64,000 nt of DNA from an uncultured Anaerolineaceae bacterium (GTDB lineage Bacteria > Chloroflexota > Anaerolineae > Anaerolineales > Anaerolineaceae). Both the position numbers and the translations under genes were made by a program. Location of the stretch: positions 9,463 through 73,462 of the forward strand of contig CALCNO010000046.1 in NCBI GenBank assembly GCA_937897615.1. The letters run 5' to 3'. The first letter of the stretch is position 1. Each line of letters opens with the position of its first letter. Under the pieces are notes generated by a model that did no database searches, was not told the DNA's origin, and was given only the letters and a program-made list of their open reading frames with translations. This document shows, piece by piece, positions 49,038-57,688 of the stretch.

Positions 49038-50136
49038 TCGTGTAATGCGAGTAATGGTACACGATCTTCCCATCCTGTAACCCGATGGTATCACTTCCGT
49101 CGGTGACCTTACCGCGCCAGGAATCTGCTGTCCAGGTAAAGTGACGGGTATTGTCAGAAGTTGTAACGCTGGTGATCTTAAAAACGCCGTCATTGAGCAT
49201 ATTGGTTAACAGCGCACCGTAATTTGTGCGAATTGCCGAATTTCCCTGTATGGTCTTTTCGGCGGTAACAAGGACGGCGTTTGTTGCGTAGATGTCTAAA
49301 AACATATCGTAGGAACGATTATTTAGTGCGTAGATATACTTGTCCAAGATGTCAGTGGGAACTGGCACGCTGATATCTCCCGGCCAACTGTAGTTGACGA
49401 TGGTGCTCCACAGGCTGGGAAGGGGGCCGCGGCAGTCATCCCATGAATAATAGTTGCAGCCGGACAGCCCCAGACTCTTGGCAGTGTCGGAGAACACTTT
49501 TAGATCATCGGCAGTTGGTGTCCAACCGGATTCGGAAAAAGCCGCGCCGGTAGGGATGAGCGGGCGATAAGGCGTCATAGCCTTAAACTCATTGTAGGAT
49601 TTGGTCAGGTCGTAGGCCGGGTTGTGCGCCTGCATCCAGTATACCTGCGGCATGTTGTAATCGCATTTTTCAAGGAATGCAACGTATGGGAAAGTTTTAT
49701 GGTATGAGGGCCAACGGTATGTGCTGAGCGCAATGGGGGTATTGGGAAGGCCTGAACGTACGGCGGACATGAAGGATCTGGCAACTGCCTCGCGGCCTGT
49801 TTGCTGATACTCGATCTCGGCATCCACCACATATCCGTCCAGGTTGTACTTTTTCACCTGCGAGATGGCAATGGAGGCTTCGCCGCTGGGGTTATAGCCA
49901 TAAACGTAATGCCAGCCCCAGACTTGTAGCCCCTTGGCGCGGATAGCATCCACCACGGCAGGGATCAGGTCTTTGCCGGTGGTTTTGTCCACATTATAGG
50001 CGCTGTTAGCATCAGCGATTTTAATGAGTACGTGTGAAAAACCCGCGCTTGCTGCTACAGATGCAATGGAATTGGCATTCCCGCCTTCACAATTTGGAAT
50101 CTTCCAAATCCATATTCCTTTTCCTTTTACCGACAT
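49030..50136 (-). CDS. Putative TIM-barrel glycoside-hydrolase-like protein fused to a C-terminal SnoaL/NTF2-like domain
   Basis: GIWIWK...HVLIKIAD...GWHYVYG...GYVVDAE pattern of alternating beta-strand/acidic residues, like GH-like TIM barrels. The last ~110 aa look NTF2-like. No signal peptide. The assignment is tentative. Confidence 0.45.
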
Positions 50137-50163
50137 GCTCTCCTCCTAAATCACTTCTGTGAC

Positions 50164-50742
50164 TTAGGAGGTTGCAATTAGCGTGCCTACAAGCCCCAAT
50201 TGCGGTGCGATCTCACGCATGGCCAGGATCACGTTTTGACAATGTTCCCAGAGTGGAACTCCAAACTCTTCAGCTCCCTTTGCGATACTCGCACGGTCAG
50301 CACCTGCGGCAAACGCTTTGTCCTTCCATTTTTTCTTGACCGAACTGGCTTCAAGGTCATATAGCGATTTGGAAGGCCGCACCAGAGCCACTGCTGTGAT
50401 TAAGCCTGTGATCTCGTCGCAGGCATATAAACCTTTTTGCAACAGTGTGGTGCGTGGATAGTCGGGGTGTTCTCCGTGCGAGAGAATTGCCCGGATGATC
50501 TCTTCAGGTACATCATGCGCCTGCAGGATGGGTGCACCTGCGATGGGGTGCTGCTGGCTGGTGGGGTGGATTTCCCAATCAAAATCATGGAGCAGCCCGG
50601 TCAATTGCCAGAGCTCAACCGGCTGCTCAAGTTTCTTGGCGTAAAATGCCATAGCGGCTTCCACTGCCAGCATGTGATTAACGAGATGCTCATTTTTGAC
50701 ATACTGCCTGACCAGCGCAAGTGCTTTTTCTCGATCAATCAT
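50164..50742 (-). CDS. HD/HDIG-domain metal-dependent phosphohydrolase
   Basis: HMLAVEA...LLHDFDWE HD motif, 192 aa. Confidence 0.75.
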   Translation of the reverse strand: MIDREKALALVRQYVKNEHLVNHMLAVEAAMAFYAKKLEQPVELWQLTGLLHDFDWEIHPTSQQHPIAGAPILQAHDVPEEIIRAILSHGEHPDYPRTTLLQKGLYACDEITGLITAVALVRPSKSLYDLEASSVKKKWKDKAFAAGADRASIAKGAEEFGVPLWEHCQNVILAMREIAPQLGLVGTLIATS

Positions 50743-50773
50743 ATCGGCTCCGTTGGCTCACATTTTATGTGTG

Positions 50774-51427
50774 CTATTCAAATTGGATTGGTTCAGGGTC
50801 ACCCATCACCGGCAAGGGGTGGCTGATCCACACCTGCCAGAGTGCTACCAGTGTCGCCGGCAGTTCCCGCACCGTCCAATAAGTAAGGCTGTAGGGGTGA
50901 TAAGTGCGCAGGTCGGCAGCCACACCAATAGCTTTGAGGCCAATCCCGTTGCAGGTAAAGAGCGCGCGCGGCAGATGGTAATTCTGCGTTACAAGAATTG
51001 CCTCATCCACGCCAAAGATGTGTTTGGCGCGGTAGCAGGTATCATAGGTGCGGCGGCCGGCGTAATCCAGTACGATGGCTTCCTCTGGCACACCCAGCTC
51101 AATTGCATAAGCCTGCATTGCCGCCGGCTCGTTATAATCCGCAAAGCGGTTATCGCCGCTCATCAACAGCTTCTTTACCTTGCCAGCAAAATACAGTTGC
51201 GCAGCGGTGGATACACGGTCCTTTAGAACAGGTGAGGGGGTGCCATCCCTGAGTAGGCCTGCGCCAAACACAATGGCAATTTTGTTTTCGGTAACTTTTG
51301 CCACAGTTTCGATTTTGTTGATCGAGGCCACCGCAGTGATCAAGCGAGGCAGGCCAAAAACAGTGAGGCCAGTAAGCAGCAAAATGAAGATTAACTTAAG
51401 ACACATGAGTAATAGTTTTCGCAACAT
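50774..51427 (-). CDS. SanA/YdcF-like DUF218 membrane-anchored protein
   Basis: N-terminal TM helix followed by a DUF218 core (AIVFGAGL...LLMSGDN...TYDTCYRA). Confidence 0.75.
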   Translation of the reverse strand: MLRKLLLMCLKLIFILLLTGLTVFGLPRLITAVASINKIETVAKVTENKIAIVFGAGLLRDGTPSPVLKDRVSTAAQLYFAGKVKKLLMSGDNRFADYNEPAAMQAYAIELGVPEEAIVLDYAGRRTYDTCYRAKHIFGVDEAILVTQNYHLPRALFTCNGIGLKAIGVAADLRTYHPYSLTYWTVRELPATLVALWQVWISHPLPVMGDPEPIQFE

Positions 51428-51479
51428 GAAAAGAATTGTACCAGCAAGGGCTGCAGCTTGGGCCTTTGCAGGTCAAGGC

Positions 51480-52301
51480 TTATAAGCGCAGGTTCCAATT
51501 ATTGCTGGCGTACTTGGTTTGCTGCAGTTCTTTCGCGTTCTCTAATTCCATTGGGCTTGGTGTTGAAGGGTGAAATTCTATGTTCAACGCCTGAGAAAAA
51601 CCACGCACAAAAGCCTGTTGTGCCTGCACAAGAGGAATGTTTTTGCCGGTGAGCGACATTATTGTGCCGGCATGGGCCAACAAGGATTCAACAGCTTCTT
51701 TATACTTTTCCTCATTTTCATAACTCAAAACGGAGGTAATCCTTGTGAGGTCGCCATAAAGCGGTAAGGAACCGTGCTGTAGCACCCCATTGTTTTTACG
51801 GGCCTGAGCAGACCCGATCAGTTTTTTCCCGTTCACAGTGATCTCGTAATTGGAAGGAACTTCAAAGCAAACAGGGCCAGAACGATTGCTCGTCACCGCC
51901 GGTGCGTACATACTATCGGCGCTGGCATCGATTTGCAATACAGCAAGGGCAGCCAGCAACGCTGTGGATACCCGATGGTAACTTTCTAAAAGTGAGCCTC
52001 CCATTATGGAGTCTTCTGCCGGTGCAGTGATGGAGTAAGTAAGTTCATCTGTATGCAGAATGGCCCGTCCCCCGGTCGGACGCCGGACCAGATCCCACCC
52101 TGCACGTTGTAGAGAGTCACGGTTCACGTCGCTACTTGGTTGCGCGTAGCCTAGCGAGAGCGCAGCAGGCGCCCAGGAATATAGCCGGAGGGCGGGGAGT
52201 TCTACACGGCTTGCAGCAGAAAGCAAAAGCGCTTCGTCCAGTGCCATGTTCCAAGCGCCAGAAGCCGGTTCAGAGAGAATCAATCGCCAATGAGTTACCA
52301 T
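51480..52301 (-). CDS. Lipoate-protein ligase / octanoyltransferase family protein (BPL/LPL catalytic domain)
   Basis: Start trimmed to MVTHWRL (GGAAGGGAA upstream). Motifs RRPTGGRAILH and KKLIGSAQARK. Confidence 0.8.
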   Translation of the reverse strand: MVTHWRLILSEPASGAWNMALDEALLLSAASRVELPALRLYSWAPAALSLGYAQPSSDVNRDSLQRAGWDLVRRPTGGRAILHTDELTYSITAPAEDSIMGGSLLESYHRVSTALLAALAVLQIDASADSMYAPAVTSNRSGPVCFEVPSNYEITVNGKKLIGSAQARKNNGVLQHGSLPLYGDLTRITSVLSYENEEKYKEAVESLLAHAGTIMSLTGKNIPLVQAQQAFVRGFSQALNIEFHPSTPSPMELENAKELQQTKYASNNWNLRL

Positions 52302-52377
52302 TATAGTTTCCCTTCCACCGGTCAATTATAAACAACTCTTTGTTCTTATTTTGATAAATTTGGGAAAATTTGACTTC

Positions 52378-52403
52378 TTGACATTTGCTTTGGGTGGTAA
52401 TAT
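52378..52403 (+). promoter_or_regulatory. Candidate promoter of the sugar ABC/GH13 operon (TTGACA ... TGGTAATAT)
   Basis: Perfect TTGACA at 52378-52383. Extended -10-like TGGTAATAT at 52395-52403, with alternative hexamer TATCAT at 52401-52406 (17-nt spacer). AT-rich 247-nt intergenic region. Confidence 0.45.
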
Positions 52404-52572
52404 CATTGGAGCAATTATGAGTAAAATTGTCCATTTATTTCACGTGGAAAAACTCCGCAATGAAATGTCAGTGATTTTTTTACTTACCAGGAGGGAGGTG
52501 TTCGCGAAGACAAAACGACAAAATTCCAGGGTGTTAAAACAACTATTTTGATTCAAGAAGAGGAGATTAGAA

Positions 52573-53823
52573 ATGGCAAAGAAATTGCTGCCCGTAATTA
52601 GTGTTTTGATGATCGTTGCGTTTGCACTCGTTGCATGCGCCAAACCGACCGCTGCGCCGACCGCTGTTGCAACCGAAGCCCCCGCCGAAGTCGTTGTAAC
52701 TGAAGCGCCGACCGAAGCTCCCCTTATGGGGAATGTGGTGATCTGGCATTCCAAACAGGATGCTGAGAACGAAGCGCTCAATCAGATCATTGAGCTCTTC
52801 AAAGCTGCAAACCCGGACGTGACTGTGGAGTCGCTGTTTGTTCCTGACAATGACCTGCGTAACAAGTTCGAGACCGCCGCTGCCACTGGTACCGGCCCGA
52901 CCGTGCTCTTCGCGCATGCTGACTGGGGCGCCCCGTCCTACGATGCGGCCCTGATCCAGGACATTAGCACTATGGTTACCCCTGGCCTGTTGGATACCCT
53001 GAACCCTGCTGCTGTTGCTTCCGTGATGTATAAGGACGCCGTCTTGGGCTTCCCCATCAACGTCAAGGGTGTTCTCATGTTCCGCAACTCTGCAATTGTT
53101 GCCGAAGCTGCCACCGACTGGGATGACCTGATCGCAAAGGCAACCGCCGCGACCGCTGGCGATGTCTACGGTTTGGATTTCGAGTCCGGCCTGTTCTTTG
53201 CTGCCGGCCACCTCACCGCCCTGGGCGGTAACCTGCTTGATGCCACCACTGGCGCTCCCCTGTTCAATGACGCCAAGGGTGTTGAGTGGTTGACCCGCAT
53301 CAAGTCAGTCAAAGACGCTGGCCTGCCAGTTGAGAACAACAATGATAATGATGTGAACCTCTTCAAGGCTGGAAAAGCCGGCATCATCATCGATGGCCTT
53401 TGGAATGCTTCCGCTCTGGCTGATGCCATTGGTGCGGAAAACCTGGTGATCGATGCATGGCCCGCTGGTATGTCCGGTTATGTTCAGAGTGACCACATGT
53501 ACCTCTCCACTGCTGCCACTGGCGATGATGCCAAAGCCTCCGAGGCCTTCATGGAATTCTTCGTTGGTGCCGAAGCTCAGAAGATTTGGGCTGATGTTAG
53601 CGGTGGTATTCCTGCCAATACGATGGTTGAGATTACCGATCCCATTGCCAAGGCTGCTATGGAAGCTTTCAAGGGGGGTGTTGCCTTCCCTGTGATCCCC
53701 CAGATGAGCCAGTACTGGGATCCCGCGAACAATGCCATTTTGGCCGTCCTCGACAAGGGTAGCGATCCTGCTGCTGCTCTGCAGGATGCCTACGATACCA
53801 TCACCAAGGCTCTTGCTCAGTAA
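52573..53823 (+). CDS. ABC transporter sugar-binding lipoprotein (maltose/maltodextrin-binding-like, family 1 SBP)
   Basis: Lipobox LVAC, A/P/T linker, and an SBP_bac_1-like profile. Followed by two MalF/MalG-type permeases and a GH13 enzyme. Confidence 0.85.
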   Translation: MAKKLLPVISVLMIVAFALVACAKPTAAPTAVATEAPAEVVVTEAPTEAPLMGNVVIWHSKQDAENEALNQIIELFKAANPDVTVESLFVPDNDLRNKFETAAATGTGPTVLFAHADWGAPSYDAALIQDISTMVTPGLLDTLNPAAVASVMYKDAVLGFPINVKGVLMFRNSAIVAEAATDWDDLIAKATAATAGDVYGLDFESGLFFAAGHLTALGGNLLDATTGAPLFNDAKGVEWLTRIKSVKDAGLPVENNNDNDVNLFKAGKAGIIIDGLWNASALADAIGAENLVIDAWPAGMSGYVQSDHMYLSTAATGDDAKASEAFMEFFVGAEAQKIWADVSGGIPANTMVEITDPIAKAAMEAFKGGVAFPVIPQMSQYWDPANNAILAVLDKGSDPAAALQDAYDTITKALAQ

Positions 53824-53848
53824 TCGCTAGCTTCATGTAAAACGATAC

Positions 53849-53889
53849 AAAAGCAGGTGGAGAATCTTAAGATTTTCCACCTGCTTCTT
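53849..53889 (+). terminator. Strong intra-operon hairpin after the binding-protein gene (partial terminator / mRNA stabiliser)
   Basis: 14-bp stem GCAGGTGGAGAATC / GATTTTCCACCTGC (one G-U) with a 4-nt loop, followed by TTCTT only. Confidence 0.55.
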
Positions 53890-53935
53890 AATATATAATG
53901 GTTTGGTAACCAAGTTTCCATTACAAGGAGACATC

Positions 53936-54973
53936 ATGGACGTAGCGATTTCAAAGAGGGTTAGAAAACGCGAAGGCAACCTGGGAAAGGAAATTAAACG
54001 GTCAAAAACTGCTTGGGCCTATATTGCCCCGGCGGGTTTGTTAATGATGTTTATTACCTTTCTACCTCAGGTTTACCAGATCTGGATGGCATTTACTGAT
54101 TACGGGATTAAAAATCTGAGGTTCAATCCACTTAATCCTGAAACAGCCAAATTTGCCCCTTCCTGGGTGTGGTTTGAGAATTTTTTCGATATTTTGACCA
54201 ACAACATTGCCATTCAGAATTATGATTTCTGGCGTCTGCTTTTATTCAATGTAACCTGGACGGTAGCCAACTTGGTGTTCCATGTGTCCCTGGGCGTCAT
54301 CATCGCAATGGTCTTGAATAGCAAGAAGTTGATTGGCCGAAAGATCTACCGCGCCCTGTACGTACTTCCGTGGGCTATACCTGGCTATATTGCGGCACTC
54401 ACCTGGCGCAACATGTTTGATAACCGCTTTGGCGCAGTCAACCAGTTGTTGGGGATTTTCAATTCCTGGTTTGGAACTTCCTTCCCCACCAATACAGACT
54501 GGTTAACAAATGCAGTTCCGCCCATAGGTGGTTTATTGAGCTTTTTACCATTGGCGTTTTACTGCCTCTTACTGGTGAATGTTTGGCTGGGTTGGCCATT
54601 TATGATGGTCGTAGCCACTGGTGCCCTGCAATCCATTCCCAACGACCTGTATGAAGCGGCTGATATAGACGGTGCCAGCGGTTGGCAGAAATTCTGGGGC
54701 GTGACCGTTCCCATGATTCGGCCTGCAATGGTTCCGGCGATCATGTTGGGCACGATTTGGACTTTTAACAACTTTAATGTGATCTATTTCATCACTCAAG
54801 GTGGCCCATTTGGGATGACGCAGATCCTTGTTACCCAGGCATTCTCTTTGGTGTATACACAGCGATTGTATGGAACAGCGGCGGCCTTTAGTATCGTGGT
54901 GTTCTTTGTCCTCCTTATTTTCACCTTGATAAATAACCGCTTAACAAAGGCAACGGAGGCGTTCAATGCATAG
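53936..54973 (+). CDS. Sugar ABC transporter permease (MalF-like)
   Basis: Start trimmed to MDVAISKR (AAGGAG upstream). Six TM helices and EAA-loop-like YEAADIDGASGWQKFWGVTVP. Confidence 0.88.
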   Translation: MDVAISKRVRKREGNLGKEIKRSKTAWAYIAPAGLLMMFITFLPQVYQIWMAFTDYGIKNLRFNPLNPETAKFAPSWVWFENFFDILTNNIAIQNYDFWRLLLFNVTWTVANLVFHVSLGVIIAMVLNSKKLIGRKIYRALYVLPWAIPGYIAALTWRNMFDNRFGAVNQLLGIFNSWFGTSFPTNTDWLTNAVPPIGGLLSFLPLAFYCLLLVNVWLGWPFMMVVATGALQSIPNDLYEAADIDGASGWQKFWGVTVPMIRPAMVPAIMLGTIWTFNNFNVIYFITQGGPFGMTQILVTQAFSLVYTQRLYGTAAAFSIVVFFVLLIFTLINNRLTKATEAFNA

Positions 54974-55865
54974 GAAGCGTCAGGAATTTTGGAACCAGTT
55001 TTGGAAACAGTTATTTCTACTGGTTGTGCTTGCCTCTGTGCTTTTCCCGATTCTGTGGATTTTTGCATTGGCATTGGACCCGCGCAATATTGACAAGCCC
55101 CTGACCCTCACGCTGATCCCACCTGGAGCTTCGCTGGATTCTTTCAAACGCGTGCTATTGCAGCCTTTTAGCATGTTGTGTACCGATTCCAATGATGTTT
55201 CTACCTGTATGACCTTTGGCAAGTTGTTGGGGAACAGCTTGTTGGTGGCGCTGGGCACAAGTGTGGTCTCGGTAGTGTTAGGTTCATCAGCAGCGTACGC
55301 ATTTTCACGCTTTAGGTTCCTTGGACGCCAGATTGGGATGTTGGGGTTCATCATCTTAATGATGCTGCCCTCAACAGCAACCCTGGCTCCGCTATTTGTC
55401 TTGCTCTCTCTGCTCAAGGTAGGCGGTGAACCCCTGAGGGCAACTTTGGGTGGCCTGATGATCGCCTATGGGTCTTCAACACTCCCGTTCACCATATGGA
55501 ATCTAAAAGGGTATTTCGACACCATTCCAAAGGAGTTGGAAGAAGCGGCGCTGATCGATGGGTGCAGCCCAACGAGAGCCTTTTTCAAAGTGATGCTGCC
55601 GTTGTCTATGCCTGCACTGGCAATTACCGTCCTCTTCAGTTTTATGACCGGCTGGACAGAGTTTGTACTCGCTTGGACATTCCTGGAGAATCCATCGCGG
55701 TTTACTTTGGCCATGGCATTGCGTTCCATGCAGGGGCAGTACTCAACCCCCTGGTCAGACTTCGCGGCAATGTCGATTCTCATGTCAATCCCGATATTGC
55801 TCATTTTCTACTTGTTGCAGAAATATATTGTTTCTGGCCTGACCGTTGGGGGCGTAAAGGGCTAG
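54966..55865 (+). CDS. Sugar ABC transporter permease (MalG-like)
   Basis: 8-nt overlap with the previous permease. EAA loop EEAALIDGCSPTRAFFKVMLP. Confidence 0.88.
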   Translation: MHRKRQEFWNQFWKQLFLLVVLASVLFPILWIFALALDPRNIDKPLTLTLIPPGASLDSFKRVLLQPFSMLCTDSNDVSTCMTFGKLLGNSLLVALGTSVVSVVLGSSAAYAFSRFRFLGRQIGMLGFIILMMLPSTATLAPLFVLLSLLKVGGEPLRATLGGLMIAYGSSTLPFTIWNLKGYFDTIPKELEEAALIDGCSPTRAFFKVMLPLSMPALAITVLFSFMTGWTEFVLAWTFLENPSRFTLAMALRSMQGQYSTPWSDFAAMSILMSIPILLIFYLLQKYIVSGLTVGGVKG

Positions 55866-55917
55866 TGTCAAAGAGAGTGGGGAGGCTGATAATCCAGCCT
55901 CCTCATTATGAGGTTCT

Positions 55918-57633
55918 ATGAAACAACCAAAGGTTTTGATCCTCTCGTTGGTTCTTTTTGCATTGCTTCTGGCTGGTGCCAGTTGGGTCTTTCGTGTTGC
56001 AGCAAATAATGCTGCCACAGAAGTGAAGAACGTGGCAAAACAGGTTCCTTTTGCCTCTGCAAGGCGCTTTGTGCAGGACCTGGAGTATTCGTTTGAGGAC
56101 GCCCAGTGGTGGAAATCGGCAGTGTTCTATGAGATATTCGTCCGCAGTTTCTACGATTCAAATGGGGATGGTATTGGCGATCTCAATGGGGTCACTGAAA
56201 AACTTGACTACCTAAATGATGGTAATCCTGCAACCACCGATGACCTTGGGGTTACTGCACTTTGGCTAATGCCCATCTTTCCTTCTCCAAGTTATCACGG
56301 TTACGATGTGACCGATTATTACGATGTAAACCCCGACTACGGTACTTTGGATGACTTGAAGACATTATTGTCTGAAGCGCATAAACGCGGAATACGTGTG
56401 ATCCTGGATCTGGTGATCAACCATACCAGCAGTGAACATCCCTGGTTTAGCGCTGCTCAAGAACCGCAAAACCCGTTTCAGGATTGGTATATCTGGGCAG
56501 ATAGCGACCCTGGTTACTTAGGCCCCTGGAATGAGCAAGTTTGGCACCTGGCGGCAAACGGAGAATATTACTACGGGGTTTTCTGGAGTGGCATGCCGGA
56601 TTTGAACTTACAGAATCCAGAAGTGACCACTGAAGTTGAAAAGATTGCGCAGTTTTGGCTGACCGATGTGGGGGTGGATGGATTTCGCCTGGATGCAGCG
56701 CGTCACTTGATCGAGGATGGCAAAAAGCAAGCAAACACTCCTGCAACGGTGCAATGGCTTGCTGATTTTGCAGCATTCGATAAACACCTTTCCCCATCTG
56801 CGATGATCGTTGGTGAGGTGTGGGATTCTTCTTATGTGACCACTGGGTATATAAAGTCCAACAGCCTGGACCTGGTTTTTGATTTTGACCTCTCGAGCGC
56901 GATCATAAATACGGTTGCCAGCCGCAATGCGCAAGGGTTGGCCTCCAATGTACAAAATGAGGTAAGCCTGTACCAGGGAGGCGGCATGGCCAACTTCCTT
57001 ACCAACCACGACATGAACCGCATCATGTTACAACTGGGGAAGAACCCTGACCTGATGAAGCATGCCGCAACGGTACTTTTAACACTGCCGGGAACCCCAT
57101 TCATTTATTATGGTGAAGAGATTGGCATGCTGGGGATGAAGCCGGATGAGCAAATTCGCACGCCAATGCAGTGGACTAGCGGCGAATATGCCGGATTCAG
57201 CTCAGTAATGCCGTGGGAACCTTTGGATTATAGCTACAAGGTTTCGAATGTGACTGCTGAAAGTGCGGATGAAGATTCGCTGTTATCCTTTTACCGTGAC
57301 CTGATTCGGATTCGTAACAGTCACCCTGCGTTGCAGCAAGGCCAGTACTATCTGTTGTCATCGTCCGATCGTGATATTTACGCTGCCCTTGCGATCAGTG
57401 ATCAGGATATTGTTCTCGTTTTGATGAGTTTTTCCAAGAAACCGGTATCAGGCGTGGATCTTGTATTTGATGGCGATCTCCCCGCTGGTAATTACTTTTT
57501 GGTTGAGATGATGGGGGATCAAAACCTCGGGGGCCAGATCGTTGTGCCCGAAGAGGCTGGAAAACCAAATTTCACAATTTCTGGTACGATTGAGGCTGAC
57601 GGGAACTACGTTTTCGACCTTGTAAAACAATAA
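55918..57633 (+). CDS. Secreted GH13 alpha-amylase family enzyme
   Basis: Signal peptide. GH13 conserved regions DLVINHTS, GFRLDAARH, GEVWD and LTNHDMNR. Confidence 0.9.
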   Translation: MKQPKVLILSLVLFALLLAGASWVFRVAANNAATEVKNVAKQVPFASARRFVQDLEYSFEDAQWWKSAVFYEIFVRSFYDSNGDGIGDLNGVTEKLDYLNDGNPATTDDLGVTALWLMPIFPSPSYHGYDVTDYYDVNPDYGTLDDLKTLLSEAHKRGIRVILDLVINHTSSEHPWFSAAQEPQNPFQDWYIWADSDPGYLGPWNEQVWHLAANGEYYYGVFWSGMPDLNLQNPEVTTEVEKIAQFWLTDVGVDGFRLDAARHLIEDGKKQANTPATVQWLADFAAFDKHLSPSAMIVGEVWDSSYVTTGYIKSNSLDLVFDFDLSSAIINTVASRNAQGLASNVQNEVSLYQGGGMANFLTNHDMNRIMLQLGKNPDLMKHAATVLLTLPGTPFIYYGEEIGMLGMKPDEQIRTPMQWTSGEYAGFSSVMPWEPLDYSYKVSNVTAESADEDSLLSFYRDLIRIRNSHPALQQGQYYLLSSSDRDIYAALAISDQDIVLVLMSFSKKPVSGVDLVFDGDLPAGNYFLVEMMGDQNLGGQIVVPEEAGKPNFTISGTIEADGNYVFDLVKQ

Positions 57634-57688
57634 TCGCTTTTGCATAATCCGCAAGAAGGAGATACCGTTTAATCTGGTTGACTTTTCT

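Noticed and set aside
52351-52551. 66-aa ORF in the AT-rich leader upstream of the sugar-binding protein gene.
   Set aside because: It starts upstream of the predicted promoter elements, has no ribosome-binding site and looks like a chance ORF in AT-rich DNA. Only the short 3' GTG-initiated part with a strong Shine-Dalgarno is kept, as a speculative uORF.
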